Sequence record: PQ309151.1
Reading direction: 5' to 3' (one strand)
DNA: 64,000 nt
A program made the position numbers and the translations under genes. Below the pieces are notes generated by a model. That model was not told where the DNA came from. It did not search any database and saw nothing but the letters and a program-made list of their open reading frames with translations. Positions 8,778 to 19,270 of this stretch are shown piece after piece (the first letter of the stretch is position 1; each line of letters opens with the position of its first letter).

Positions 8778-9356
8778 TCAAACGTGACGCTCAAATTGGT
8801 AAAAACGACTGGTCAGAGGAGTAACAACACTCATAACGACCTTGATTCGACAGCCTGTTCCATGACGGGCGACGTCGTATAGTTTTGGATCCAGCAGATG
8901 GTCACCGGCAGTCGTCTGAATGTAGAGTTTGATGTTGTTGCGGACTTTATTCTTCTTGATGTCGATGAACGTTCCATGCATGAAGTAGAACTTCTGCTTG
9001 ATCACGTCTAGTGCATCGTGAACTTTTTCGTCAGTGGGTGGTCTGGAGAGCCAAACGGTCGTCTGATACAATACTGCCATGTGACGAATCGCGTGATTAA
9101 CCATCCATTTGCGCTGATACTGCAACCCTTTCACCATCTGGATGACGATTTGCTCGACGATCTCTAATGTCTCCGGATCATATTCGATCGAGTGCTTCTT
9201 GGTCAGAACCTGGTTAGTTGTTATCGCTAGGTGAAACTGTTTCTCGATGAACCGCATTGCAATCCAGTATCTGAAGAGCAGATTGGAACATTTAAGTGCG
9301 ATATAACCTGACATCAAACCAAAACAAAACAAAACGAATTGTCCAAAGACTTCCAT
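8778..9356 (-). CDS. hypothetical membrane-anchored protein
   Basis: GAGGA SD; hydrophobic N-terminal segment FGQFVLFCFGLMSGYIAL. Confidence 0.7.
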   Translation of the reverse strand: MEVFGQFVLFCFGLMSGYIALKCSNLLFRYWIAMRFIEKQFHLAITTNQVLTKKHSIEYDPETLEIVEQIVIQMVKGLQYQRKWMVNHAIRHMAVLYQTTVWLSRPPTDEKVHDALDVIKQKFYFMHGTFIDIKKNKVRNNIKLYIQTTAGDHLLDPKLYDVARHGTGCRIKVVMSVVTPLTSRFYQFERHV

Positions 9357-9386
9357 TATTCTTCCTCATTGTCAAAAAAAGATGAC

Positions 9387-9420
9387 CTAATCACACTGGG
9401 GTTGCCCCCAGTGTGATTAG
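9387..9420 (-). terminator. intrinsic terminator of the RNAP-subunit operon
   Basis: 15-bp perfect stem, GCAA loop on the minus strand, followed by an A7 run at about 9374-9380. Confidence 0.8.
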
Positions 9421-9430
9421 AGTCGATCCG

Positions 9431-11512
9431 TTACTGGACCATACGCAGCAGGATTGCCTTGTCGTTCATATACGAACGGCTGGCTTCGAGCACACGCATG
9501 TCAGCGGTCTGGATATAGAAGCGACCGAACTCGTCACCATTCTTCGTCAGGAGATCCTGAGCGAGGTCATGGAAGAACGGATTCGTTTCAGCCAGAATCT
9601 GCGACGCGACTTCAGGCACCATGTCGATGTCGAGGTTGTAACCCACCTCATTGAGGTAGATGAACTTCGTGGGCATCGACACGACGAACGGCTTCACACC
9701 ACCATTGCCTTCCGGCAGCTGGGTCAGCACATAGATTTCCGCTTCCTGGTCGTAATGGAACAGGTTGCGGATTTCGCGCTCTTGATGCGTTTGGATTGCA
9801 TCGCGATAGCCATCGCCGAACTTCTCGGTGATGTATGAGAACAGTTCCAGCCAGTCGCCCGTGAACGACGTGATCTTCAGGCTGTTGATCGAGAGATGTT
9901 GACGAAGAATACGATTCACTGCCTTCGTGAGGTAGCGATCGAGTTGCAGCCAGAGTTCCGGCGACAGCTTCTTCGAGAGATTCTTCATCTTCTCGGCCAA
10001 CTTCGTGAACGACGACACTTGACGCAGTTCTTCGATCAGGCTCGACTCGTCTTCGGTTGCGATGAACGAATCGATGATCGATGCGCGACCCACTGCGATT
10101 TCCACCGGGTGGAAGGCATCGCCATTGGGCTGCTTGCGTTCCTGCGTGAAGCGACGATAGTTCAGACGCACCAGCACGTCCTTCAGGCCATACGACATGA
10201 AGGTGTGATCGGTGAAGTCCAGGCGATTGTGATACGTCACCGTTTCTTCCGAACCTTCCACATTGAAGGTCTCGCTCGGATTGAGCAAGGCTTCATGCAT
10301 CTTGTTCAGACGAGCCGGCACACCATCGCTGCTGTCGTCGAAACGCGCAAAGTCCTTCGGCGACGTGCCGAACGACATCGACGCGTGAGCATAGTAGTCC
10401 ACGATTTGATCCTTGTCGATGATGCGCGGGATCACCACAGCGTTCTGGATGTCCATTTCATAGAACAGATCCTGATTGTGGTTGAACACGAGCGGGTGTG
10501 GATACTTCTGGCTCGGCACCCACGCATCCAGATTCTGATAAGCCATGAGCATCACGTTGTCGCCTTGTGCGCCCGTTACTTCTTCGCCGCGACCAATTTC
10601 GTTTCGCATGGTCTTCCCTTCTTGTTGTGCTTCGCGAGCCAGTGCGTCCTCGATGTCGCTCTCGTCACGTGTTTGACCCGGCAGGCGCTGAACGCGGCTA
10701 CCACGATTTTCTTCACGACGCAGCGGCGCTGCATCCTGATAGCGGTCGTCTTCACGACGGCTTACACGGCGTTCGTCATCCCGACGTTCGCTGCGACTAT
10801 CAACGCGCGAAGTGCTGGTGCCGTCTTCGAAGCGATCATCCTGATCCGTATTACCGAACCGGTTTTCACGCGTTTCCAAACGACGACGCGGCGAACCGCT
10901 CACACCACCACGAACTGCACCACGGTCCCAACGGTCACGACGATTGCGATCCCGTCCACCACGACGATCGTCACGACGATCATCATAGTCGCGGTCATCG
11001 CGACGATCACGGCTACGGCCGCCGCTCGGAATGCGGTTGCCATTGCGACGATATGCTTCGATTGCGTCCTGATACTTCTTGAACGTACCGATTGCACGAT
11101 CGATATCGCGTTCGCTGCGACGTTCGACATATTCCATCAGTTCCGGATACTCGTCGCACGTATAGCCGATGTGCAACATCAGAACGTCTTCGACACATGC
11201 CGGCACAGCTTCGCGGAAATCACGGAACTTGCCTTCTTGCATCGCGATGTCGATAACGTCACCGATCATGCCAACGATATCCTCGAAGTCACGATTGCGA
11301 TAGTCGTTGTCCGACATCATGTTGAAGTAATGAATGCGCAACTCGTTGTCACGAGCGCGCTCCTGGATAACGTCGATGGCGTTATAGATGATGTCATCCA
11401 TAATTTCATCGATTTCGCGCACCGGGTGGGAGAGCCGGACGGGGAGGTCACCACGACGAAGATTGACTTCGTGACCTTCGATGCGCGTGGGGGAGAATTT
11501 CAGTCTAGCCAT
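9431..11512 (-). CDS. conserved jumbo-phage protein with Arg/Asp-rich disordered region
   Basis: 693 aa, cotranscribed after the nvRNAP subunit. Contains the low-complexity tract RSRDRRDDRDYDDRRDDRRGGRDRNRRDRWDRG. Confidence 0.8.
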   Translation of the reverse strand: MARLKFSPTRIEGHEVNLRRGDLPVRLSHPVREIDEIMDDIIYNAIDVIQERARDNELRIHYFNMMSDNDYRNRDFEDIVGMIGDVIDIAMQEGKFRDFREAVPACVEDVLMLHIGYTCDEYPELMEYVERRSERDIDRAIGTFKKYQDAIEAYRRNGNRIPSGGRSRDRRDDRDYDDRRDDRRGGRDRNRRDRWDRGAVRGGVSGSPRRRLETRENRFGNTDQDDRFEDGTSTSRVDSRSERRDDERRVSRREDDRYQDAAPLRREENRGSRVQRLPGQTRDESDIEDALAREAQQEGKTMRNEIGRGEEVTGAQGDNVMLMAYQNLDAWVPSQKYPHPLVFNHNQDLFYEMDIQNAVVIPRIIDKDQIVDYYAHASMSFGTSPKDFARFDDSSDGVPARLNKMHEALLNPSETFNVEGSEETVTYHNRLDFTDHTFMSYGLKDVLVRLNYRRFTQERKQPNGDAFHPVEIAVGRASIIDSFIATEDESSLIEELRQVSSFTKLAEKMKNLSKKLSPELWLQLDRYLTKAVNRILRQHLSINSLKITSFTGDWLELFSYITEKFGDGYRDAIQTHQEREIRNLFHYDQEAEIYVLTQLPEGNGGVKPFVVSMPTKFIYLNEVGYNLDIDMVPEVASQILAETNPFFHDLAQDLLTKNGDEFGRFYIQTADMRVLEASRSYMNDKAILLRMVQ

Positions 11513-11519
11513 TTTCTAA

Positions 11520-13199
11520 TTACCGCCCTTTAATTTTGTCTTGAGTACGTTTTCGGATTGCAGCAAACACGGGGTTCGGATTCTCCACGGTAATGAAACC
11601 CGGTGAGAGCGTTGCCCACATGCCGATACGAGTCCGGCCGGTTGGTGTCTTCTTCTGAATATTCAGATAGCCACCAATTTCCGCGATAGATTCATCCAGG
11701 ACCTTGGAAGACCCTTGCGAGGAACTATCTCTTCTTGCGCCTTTCTTGCTGCTGCTGGTTTGCGGGACCAACAGAGAAGTCAGCTTCGTGGCCATGTTAT
11801 CGCCAGGTATTGCAATGGACGATACGCCAGGCCGCCCGTTAGTGATCTTGAAAATCGGACCGGGCTTCAACTTCTTTTTGAAAATTTCCTCGATGGTCTT
11901 CTGCGTCAAAGGACGCTTCGGATCAGTAAGGCTCCTGCGATATGCCGTATGAATTGCAAAGTTCGTCTCGACGATCGCGTGAGTGATGTCATAGAGAACA
12001 TAATTCAGAACACTGAGTTCCTTGCCAAACATACTGCTGATCTTGTTCGAGTCCTGCAAGATCCATGCATTGCAATTTTTCATCACATGCATGAAGAAGT
12101 CGTAGGTGCTCGATACGTCGATCGAGATGGACTTGAGCTTTTGCTGCGTGATCAAGTCCATGTACTGGTCGATACTCTTGAAGTGATCGCGCACCTTATC
12201 GTGCAACAGCCCTTCGTTCATATCTCCAGTCCAGAGAATGTGGCCCATCAGAACACGCCACAACCAGAGGTTGTCGATGTCCTTCAAGATCATCCGTCTG
12301 GGGAAGTGGTCGACCAGATAGAACAGAGCACCAACGAGGTTCTCTGCATCCATCGTGAAGTCTTCGCGACGAATCGCTACACGCAACTTGCTACGCACGA
12401 AGTCCATCCGGGGATTTCCTTCAGGCTGCCTGCCGCGTGTTTCGCAAATGACCCACTCCTCTTTCGGAAAACGTTCCGGATCGATATCGTCCGCCGTGCC
12501 AAAGAACGGTTCGATACCGAGATAGTTCTTGAACGTATCCGTTACGCCGTACTTACAAAACAGATAGTGCGCAAGGCACGTTTCCATCTTGATAGTCGGT
12601 TGTAGTTTCAACATGTCCTTGGTCTTGTTATAGATATTGGACCACACGACCTGGACACTTCTTGTTCTGCCGTCGACCATATACGCATAGTCGAGGCGCC
12701 GGAAGATCAGCTTGATACACAACAACTGTGCGAACACGTTGTCATCATCCGGCGAGATCACGATGTCTTGCAAGACAGGACTGATCGCGAACCGCGAACC
12801 AGCAATCGTGATCAATCCACCCTTCGTGACGAAGGGCAGATACAGGAAACGCGGCGGAAGATCCACTCCCTGGAATCGGAAGAAGAACTTCACAAGAAAC
12901 ACATCCGAGCGCGCCACATCAAACGCGGTCTTCGGTGCTTTCTTCAACTTGGTCTCGACTCGCTTGGAGGTTTTTGTCGGTGAACGCTTCTTCGCACCTT
13001 CCCGATATTCATCAGGCGGCAGACAGCGTTCGAAACCCGCATAAACCAGACCTTCCGGGAATTCCCGGGAGATCGATTGCCAAACTTGGTCGATGAACTT
13101 CAAAGCCTTCGGGATATGCGTCGTGGCAATCCCGCTAGCAATCGCATGATTGAATTTTGGAATGATGCGATCTCGGAGTTCAACGAATGTTGGGTCCAT
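11520..13199 (-). CDS. non-virion RNA polymerase subunit, beta N-terminal part (phiKZ gp123-like)
   Basis: LYLPFVTKGGLITIAGSRFAISPVL resembles the RNAP beta first conserved region; late SIAEIGGYLNIQKKTPTGRTRI. About 560 aa, two genes downstream of the MCP as in phiKZ. Confidence 0.8.
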   Translation of the reverse strand: MDPTFVELRDRIIPKFNHAIASGIATTHIPKALKFIDQVWQSISREFPEGLVYAGFERCLPPDEYREGAKKRSPTKTSKRVETKLKKAPKTAFDVARSDVFLVKFFFRFQGVDLPPRFLYLPFVTKGGLITIAGSRFAISPVLQDIVISPDDDNVFAQLLCIKLIFRRLDYAYMVDGRTRSVQVVWSNIYNKTKDMLKLQPTIKMETCLAHYLFCKYGVTDTFKNYLGIEPFFGTADDIDPERFPKEEWVICETRGRQPEGNPRMDFVRSKLRVAIRREDFTMDAENLVGALFYLVDHFPRRMILKDIDNLWLWRVLMGHILWTGDMNEGLLHDKVRDHFKSIDQYMDLITQQKLKSISIDVSSTYDFFMHVMKNCNAWILQDSNKISSMFGKELSVLNYVLYDITHAIVETNFAIHTAYRRSLTDPKRPLTQKTIEEIFKKKLKPGPIFKITNGRPGVSSIAIPGDNMATKLTSLLVPQTSSSKKGARRDSSSQGSSKVLDESIAEIGGYLNIQKKTPTGRTRIGMWATLSPGFITVENPNPVFAAIRKRTQDKIKGR

Positions 13200-13217
13200 G
13201 CACTCTCCGAAAGTTAT

Positions 13218-14369
13218 TCAATTTGAAAACAGACTCTTTAACGCAACGATGGCTGCCCCCGCACCCATTACTACGGTTGGAATGAACTTCCACATCTCGG
13301 AAGAATCTTTTCGTTCAATACTTCTTTCCTCGTAATAGTCCTTTGTTCTTAGGGATTCGGTCTTGATGGCATGATCCTCACGGGCATACCGCCGACTCAT
13401 TTCAGTTTCAAAATACCTGGTTCGCCTTTCTTCTTCTTCCAGTTGAGCTTGGAGTTTCAGATTGCGTTGTTCCAGTTCCAATTTTTCCTTGTCTTGCTCA
13501 GCTTTCAGGTTGCTGGTTTCAGCAGCCGCCTTCTTGCCTTGAAGATCCAGGTGTTTTAACTCATAACCGAGTTCAACTTCATGCTCAGGAGCAGCTCGGG
13601 CCTCGGCGTAAGACCTGAACAACCACTTTGCTTCCGGCATTGACTCGGGCGGGATATAATCCACGACGTCTTCAACAGGACCTTGAGACGACGTCATCAA
13701 TCCCCGATACTTCAGATATACGCCGTCCCTACGAAGCGCATTCTTGACAGCATCGATTTTCATGACCTTCCCAAGTAGCCGCATATACCTGGGTCCAATC
13801 CTTTCTTGATTATCGATTATCTCGACAGACAGTCCATTCTCGCCTAGGGTCCTCGTTCCCTTCGGTGCTCTGGACATCGCCTCGAAACTGAACGGATGCA
13901 ACGGTATATCATTGTGTCTCGTCGATAAGATAATATCTTGCTCGACCAGATAAATGCATCCACCATTGTCATTGATCGTTCGCGGCGTTACTTCATAGTC
14001 GTATCGCATAGTGACGCTATGCGTCTGGTCACGATAGGCGCTGAGGAACATGTCTTCGAAATTCTTCAGATCGTCGCTCTTCAGTCCTTCATGACTTATT
14101 AGTCTGTCTCGCACAGAGTGTTTGATATTGTCGGAGAAATACAACTCTTGACGAATGATAAACGCTTGGCTGCTACGAGACTGTCGACTAGGCACGTCGA
14201 CAACCACTCCCCTTCGGTCACCCAATGTAATCGGTCGCCCGGAATAATTGAGGAACTTCGTGTGAATGGATACATCACAGCTTTCGATTACCGAATGCTG
14301 GTGGGACGTTGATTCTTTTAGTGGAACCGACCAATACGCCGGTTCCAAACTACCCCGGTCAGAATCCAT
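13218..14369 (-). CDS. conserved jumbo-phage protein, coiled coil plus C-terminal membrane anchor
   Basis: Charged heptad region (QDKEKLELEQRNLKLQAQLEEEERR) and terminal WKFIPTVVMGAGAAIVALKSLF. Lies between MCP and the RNAP subunit. Confidence 0.75.
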   Translation of the reverse strand: MDSDRGSLEPAYWSVPLKESTSHQHSVIESCDVSIHTKFLNYSGRPITLGDRRGVVVDVPSRQSRSSQAFIIRQELYFSDNIKHSVRDRLISHEGLKSDDLKNFEDMFLSAYRDQTHSVTMRYDYEVTPRTINDNGGCIYLVEQDIILSTRHNDIPLHPFSFEAMSRAPKGTRTLGENGLSVEIIDNQERIGPRYMRLLGKVMKIDAVKNALRRDGVYLKYRGLMTSSQGPVEDVVDYIPPESMPEAKWLFRSYAEARAAPEHEVELGYELKHLDLQGKKAAAETSNLKAEQDKEKLELEQRNLKLQAQLEEEERRTRYFETEMSRRYAREDHAIKTESLRTKDYYEERSIERKDSSEMWKFIPTVVMGAGAAIVALKSLFSN

Positions 14370-14463
14370 CTTTTTAACGGTCCTACGTTAATTGGCACAT
14401 CATCTTCAAAACGTATAAGCAATTATCTAAAACACTTTGCTTATTCTTCTCAACTTCGAATTA

Positions 14464-14485
14464 ATGATATATTTCTAAAATTTAA
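14464..14485 (-). promoter_or_regulatory. phiKZ-type early promoter (TATATCAT) for the nvRNAP-subunit operon
   Basis: Minus strand ATTTTAGAAATATATCAT, about 95 nt upstream of 14369. Early expression fits a non-virion RNAP subunit. Confidence 0.65.
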
Positions 14486-14501
14486 TAGACGACAGCATAA
14501 G

Positions 14502-14537
14502 CTCCTATCCTCCTAGCTTGCGCTAGGAGGATAGGAG
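14502..14537 (-). terminator. terminator hairpin after MCP
   Basis: 16-bp perfect stem CTCCTATCCTCCTAGC/GCTAGGAGGATAGGAG with GCAA loop on minus, followed by CTTATG. Confidence 0.75.
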
Positions 14538-14600
14538 TCAGTGCTTCTCGTTATAGTTACGATGAGTCAGAAGACTCAATCGTAACGTACAGCCGGACTA

Positions 14601-16844
14601 TTACGGACCAGTCGGCGGAGCGTCGTTGTCGAGGAATGCCGTAGCATTCGTGACTTCGACGCCGAGGACGGCCTGTTGCGACAGGGCTTCCTGGAGGTTC
14701 GTCACGGTCAGCACGCCGAGGATCGGGCACAGGGGGATGTGACGGAACGACGGGTGAACGATCAGTTCACGCGAGTGGCTGGTACGCGACAGGTTCAGCG
14801 CAGCGACGACTTCCGGCTTGTTCAGCATCATGCCGTGGTCGAGCGGATGCGGCACGCCCGGGTTTTGGCTCGGGTAGCCCAGCGCGATGAAGATCTTGCC
14901 ACGCACGCGGCTGTCCGGCGTCCATGCCTTCTCGTACGAGAAGTCGGGACCCATCGTACGCGTATCGCCTTCGACCATCAGGTACTGCGTGAGCACCATG
15001 TCCGTACCGAGCTTGACGACCGGCAGCTGAGCTTCCGTGCCTTCGAGCAGGTTGGCGGCCGCTTGCCAGTTCGACAGCTGCCACAGCTTGTAGGCCATGA
15101 TCTTGCAGGTGTCGGTCAGGATTGCGGTGATGTCCGAGTAGCGCTCGTGTTGAGCGGTCGTCGTAACAGCAGCCAGCAGGTCGATCGAGACTTCTTGCAG
15201 AACCGGCTCGATCAGGTACGACGAGATGCCCATGATCTCCGGCTGACGGCCGATGATGTCCGAGCGCTTCGCGTATTGACGCAGCGAGTCGACTTCCGAC
15301 AGCAGTTGCGTCACAGCCAGGTTCGACTGACGGACCTTGCACAGGTACGACAGAGCGGCTGCGTGCAGTGCGTCTTGCGCATCGCCGTTCGTGATCGGAC
15401 GTTGCACCGACAGCGGGCTGCCGAGCGAGACGCCGTAGATCTGGCGATACGTGTTGAAGTCAGCCAGCTGGCCGAGTTCACGCAAGTTGCTGTTCACGCG
15501 ACGAACGTCGATGTCCACGCCGATGATCTTGCCGCCTTGCAGCAGGTTGACCATTGCAGCTTGACCAGCGTCGGTCACGTCGAGCGACACGCCGTTGATG
15601 TTCTTGATCGTGTTGACGACGATCGAACCCGTGATGATTTCGTAGGACGAATCTTGCAGGTTGATGTCACCGCGGACCGAGAACGACAGCCATGCCGTGT
15701 TTGCCGAAGCACCTTCGAAAGCGCCGAGCAGCGTCGAAGCAGCGTTGTTGAACAGCTTCGTGTTCGGACCCACCACGGCCGAGTCGGTCGTGAATTGCAG
15801 GTCCATACGGCGCGTCTGGCCTTGCAGCGCTTCCGTGAACTGGTTCAGCGGGCTGTTCGACGTATCGAAACGGACCACTTCCTTGACCGAGCCGTCGGCG
15901 TTCGAGAACACCACGTACACGCCCTTCAGGACAGCACCCGGATCCAGCGCATCGGTCTGGTCCAGCACGCCCTTCGCGAGTTGCGTGTCGGTCAGAGCCA
16001 GGCGGAACAGCGACGTGCGGTAGTTCGTCTTCAGCGGAGCCGTCTGGATCGCTTCGCCTTCTTCGGTCGTCGCAGCGTACGGAGCCACGAGTGCCGGATC
16101 GACGAATGCGTCGGCCGTCTGAGCGCGCACGACCGGGATGATCTTCAGCGTGTCGTTCTTCAGGATCGTCGCGTCGATTTCAGCGTTGACGATGTTGCGA
16201 CGGTTGTAGTCCGTCAGGCGCTTTTCGAGTTCGTAGCGCACTTGATCGTACACGGAAATCAGCGGGATTTCCATTTCGATCGCGTACTGGTCCGGCGACA
16301 GGTTCACCGTCTTGTAGAACATTTCGCCGAAGCGGTTCTGCGTGGCGGTCGCGAGCGCGAAAGCAGCCGTGAAGTTCAGCGTTTCGTCGTTCGGCTTCGT
16401 GTCGTATGCTTCCAGCGAGCGCTGGCCGAGCTTTGCCGGATCCAGACCGCTGTTGTCGGGAATGAACACTTCGAAAGCGTTCGAGCCCTTGGCGCCCTTC
16501 ATCGCGATACGGCGTTGGAGCGATTCCTTCGGTGCCATCGCCGAGGCGAGTGCGAAAGCGACTGCTTCTTGTTGCTGTGCGTTCACTTTCACGCCGAGCT
16601 TGGCGCCGTCCATCTTGAAGAAGGACTCGACGCTGGCTTGGACGTTCGTCAGCATGCCATGGGCAGCTTCTTCGATGTCGGGCGAGAAGCCTTCGTTCGA
16701 GACGAGCGCTTTGCCGATTGCCGGATCGTTGCGGAGCGAGCCTTCACGGCTCAGGTGTTCGACCATCTTGAACGCGGCACCAGCAACATTCACATGTTCC
16801 TTGTCTGCGTTCTTGGCGAACTTCGAAGTGGTCACGAAAGACAT
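14601..16844 (-). CDS. major capsid protein (phiKZ gp120-like)
   Basis: 747 aa with very strong GC3 bias. Propeptide with SNE and RSLE|AYD protease-type sites; FGEMFYKTVNLSPDQ; terminal HPSFRHIPLCPILGVLTVTNL. Adjacent to a divergent DnaB. Confidence 0.88.
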   Translation of the reverse strand: MSFVTTSKFAKNADKEHVNVAGAAFKMVEHLSREGSLRNDPAIGKALVSNEGFSPDIEEAAHGMLTNVQASVESFFKMDGAKLGVKVNAQQQEAVAFALASAMAPKESLQRRIAMKGAKGSNAFEVFIPDNSGLDPAKLGQRSLEAYDTKPNDETLNFTAAFALATATQNRFGEMFYKTVNLSPDQYAIEMEIPLISVYDQVRYELEKRLTDYNRRNIVNAEIDATILKNDTLKIIPVVRAQTADAFVDPALVAPYAATTEEGEAIQTAPLKTNYRTSLFRLALTDTQLAKGVLDQTDALDPGAVLKGVYVVFSNADGSVKEVVRFDTSNSPLNQFTEALQGQTRRMDLQFTTDSAVVGPNTKLFNNAASTLLGAFEGASANTAWLSFSVRGDINLQDSSYEIITGSIVVNTIKNINGVSLDVTDAGQAAMVNLLQGGKIIGVDIDVRRVNSNLRELGQLADFNTYRQIYGVSLGSPLSVQRPITNGDAQDALHAAALSYLCKVRQSNLAVTQLLSEVDSLRQYAKRSDIIGRQPEIMGISSYLIEPVLQEVSIDLLAAVTTTAQHERYSDITAILTDTCKIMAYKLWQLSNWQAAANLLEGTEAQLPVVKLGTDMVLTQYLMVEGDTRTMGPDFSYEKAWTPDSRVRGKIFIALGYPSQNPGVPHPLDHGMMLNKPEVVAALNLSRTSHSRELIVHPSFRHIPLCPILGVLTVTNLQEALSQQAVLGVEVTNATAFLDNDAPPTGP

Positions 16845-16952
16845 GTTTATTACCTCTTGTTCCTAGGAAAAAGGTTTTCTGGGAAAACGAAAACTGCGAT
16901 TCTGTACAAAACCGGTTTTGGCAGTGACTACCACCAAACTATTGAGACTGTT

Positions 16953-17594
16953 TTAGTTCAAGCCGTCCAGTTCGGAGAAATACCACTCGAACCAGTTCGT
17001 CTTATGCACTACGTTCAGGTCGTAGTACTGCTGCAACTTCTCGACCACAGACCGCAGGATCGAAAGGCGCAGTTCTTCTTTGCGGTTGAAAATCACCGGC
17101 GACAGAATTCCCTGATTGAGGGCCACTACAATCAGTTTGCTCGATGCCGAATAAACGCTATAAGATTGATGAAGATCAACCTTGTTAGCCGCGTCTTGCT
17201 TGAGGTGATCCAGAACATACTGGTTCACCAGCTTGCCGCTGTATTCTTTTTTGTCTGCGAGTTCCGAGATCTGGTTCTTCGCATACTTATCAGCTTCAGT
17301 TCCATTGACGGACTGCCCGGCTTCTTCCGGGAAGAACCACAGGTAACCGAGACTCTTCGTGTACTTCTGACGGCGATCCGACACATGAGGGATCTGACCA
17401 TTCGTCCAGAAGATGGAGAGGCCATCGCCCGAGAAGGCGTCCAGTGCCACCAGCTGCTCCTGAGTGAACCATTGGCGCATCAGGGAGAAGTTGAGGACAT
17501 CCTCGATCTTGCCTTTCTTGGCAAGCTGCCGGTAAGCCCAGTCCGGAATCACCACGACCTGGTCACCAGGATTCACGTTCATGAACAAGCTCAT
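16953..17594 (-). CDS. putative head-associated protein (phiKZ gp119-like position)
   Basis: Between helicase and MCP. Probable start MSLFMN at 17594 (AAGG SD) rather than 17660. Confidence 0.6.
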   Translation of the reverse strand: MSLFMNVNPGDQVVVIPDWAYRQLAKKGKIEDVLNFSLMRQWFTQEQLVALDAFSGDGLSIFWTNGQIPHVSDRRQKYTKSLGYLWFFPEEAGQSVNGTEADKYAKNQISELADKKEYSGKLVNQYVLDHLKQDAANKVDLHQSYSVYSASSKLIVVALNQGILSPVIFNRKEELRLSILRSVVEKLQQYYDLNVVHKTNWFEWYFSELDGLN

Positions 17595-17693
17595 GCTATC
17601 GCCTTTATCCGGTATGAAAATAAAATAAAAAAGTTGACTGTTCTTCTTTGAACGAAGCAACAGAAAAACCGACTAATTCCGCAGGTCTCGATA

Positions 17694-19217
17694 ATGACCC
17701 CAAGATTACTTCTTCTTAAGATCATCACGCTCTTGCATCTCGAATCCCAGATTGAGGGAGAGAATGCACGATCGTCGGATCTGGCTACCAGCCTGCTCGC
17801 CACAGTCAAAATCCCCGAGGCCGATGTGGGCCTCATAGACAGTGAACGAGAGATTATTGGCTCGCTCTACAACATATGTCGCAAACTCGCCAACGCAACG
17901 CCTGGCGATGAGATGGACAAATCGGACCTGCTTCAAGAGGTTCGACTGCATTGTGGTACAGAGACCGATCTGTTCGAATCCTTCAAAGAAGGAGTCGCGA
18001 TTGAACTATCACAAGATGGTCTCAAAAAGCGTGTCGGCTTTATCCGTAAAGAGCTCAAGTCGTATCTTCATTATGAGGGTACGAAAAAGCGCATTATGGA
18101 CATGGCTCATAAGCTGCGCTTCAAAGAAAATACGATCGAGGACATGGATGCAGAACTCCGTGACTTCTCGACCGACATCGAATCGTCGCTGAGTAAATCC
18201 AGTAAGCAGGATGAAGCTATTCTCGGCACGATCGACTTGCAGGACAAGGAAACGGTCATCAAGGCAGCTTGCGCCGTGTCAGATGAGCAGTCGGGTGCCG
18301 GTAAGCTCAAGACGCATTTGCAAGATCTGAATGACATGATGAATGGCGGCATGCGCCGTGGTGAATTCGTCTGTACTTCTGCTTTGCCGCACAATAACAA
18401 GACCGGTTTCTCGCTGGACATCTTTGCTGGCGTTGCAGTCAACAACGATCCGTATCTGTTTGACGCCAAGAAGAAGCCGATGCTTCTGCGCATCTCGTTC
18501 GAAGATGACGTTGAAATGAACTTCAACCACCTCTACAAACACTTCTGGGAACAGGAGCACGGTGAGGTGGCGGTTATGGTCGGTAAGTCGGAAGACGAAA
18601 TCGCCCAATACGTCATGGACAAGATGTGTGCTCGTGGCTGGCACATTCGGATGTATAAGGTTGACCCTTCATTGTGGTCGATCTTCGATCTGTTTGCATT
18701 TGTGCGGGATCTGGAATCGCAGGGTTATGAAATTGCTCTGTGTATGCTGGATTACATGCGTAAGATGCCGACTACGGGCTGCGTACAGGGCATTGCAGGG
18801 GCTGACGTTCGCGATATGGCTCGTCGTTGTCGTAATTTCTTCAACGCCCGCAAAACGGCTTTCTACACGCCGCACCAGATCTCGACTCAGGCTAAGGAAA
18901 TCCAGCGTTCGGTTCCGAAAGACTTTGTCAAGATGCTGCCGGGTGGTGGTTACTACGACGGCTGTAAGTCTCTGGATGCTGAAATCGATCTGGAAATCTT
19001 CCAGCATATCGAGAAGCACAATGGGCATTCGTATCTGACTCTGCAGCGCGGCAAGCATCGTAACGCTCCGGTACTGGCAGAAGACTTGAAGTACCTCGTC
19101 TATCAATTCTACGACATCGGTGGCATTCCTCCCGACATGGGCGGTGAGCGTACCGGGTTGAAGAAGGTTGGTGGCAAGCGTGCTTCGGAAGCTGAAACCG
19201 ACTTCGACTGGCTGTAA
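17694..19217 (+). CDS. dnaB: DnaB-like replicative helicase (phiKZ gp118-like)
   Basis: LNDMMNGGMRRGE, Walker A variant ALPHNNKT, ISFED, Walker B CMLDY, TPHQIS, arginine finger QRGKHR. Confidence 0.9.
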   Translation: MTPRLLLLKIITLLHLESQIEGENARSSDLATSLLATVKIPEADVGLIDSEREIIGSLYNICRKLANATPGDEMDKSDLLQEVRLHCGTETDLFESFKEGVAIELSQDGLKKRVGFIRKELKSYLHYEGTKKRIMDMAHKLRFKENTIEDMDAELRDFSTDIESSLSKSSKQDEAILGTIDLQDKETVIKAACAVSDEQSGAGKLKTHLQDLNDMMNGGMRRGEFVCTSALPHNNKTGFSLDIFAGVAVNNDPYLFDAKKKPMLLRISFEDDVEMNFNHLYKHFWEQEHGEVAVMVGKSEDEIAQYVMDKMCARGWHIRMYKVDPSLWSIFDLFAFVRDLESQGYEIALCMLDYMRKMPTTGCVQGIAGADVRDMARRCRNFFNARKTAFYTPHQISTQAKEIQRSVPKDFVKMLPGGGYYDGCKSLDAEIDLEIFQHIEKHNGHSYLTLQRGKHRNAPVLAEDLKYLVYQFYDIGGIPPDMGGERTGLKKVGGKRASEAETDFDWL

Positions 19218-19236
19218 AAGCAAAAAAAATAAGAGT

Positions 19237-19260
19237 CCCTACTCCCGCAAGGGAGTAGGG
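19237..19260. terminator. bidirectional terminator
   Basis: CCCTACTCCC-gcaa-GGGAGTAGGG between convergent dnaB and 19271..19588, with an A8 run on the left. Confidence 0.8.
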
Positions 19261-19270
19261 TGCTCTGGCC

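Noticed and set aside
14676-17651. 991-aa plus-strand ORF, and similar long antisense ORFs (5..706, 721..1722, 9896..11533, 23281..24564, 26367..28274, 43502..45067, 47566..50163, 60226..61518)
   Set aside because: Each lies exactly opposite a well-supported minus-strand gene with strong GC3 bias, which removes antisense stops. The translations are Arg/Val/His-rich with no motifs or SD, so they are shadow ORFs.
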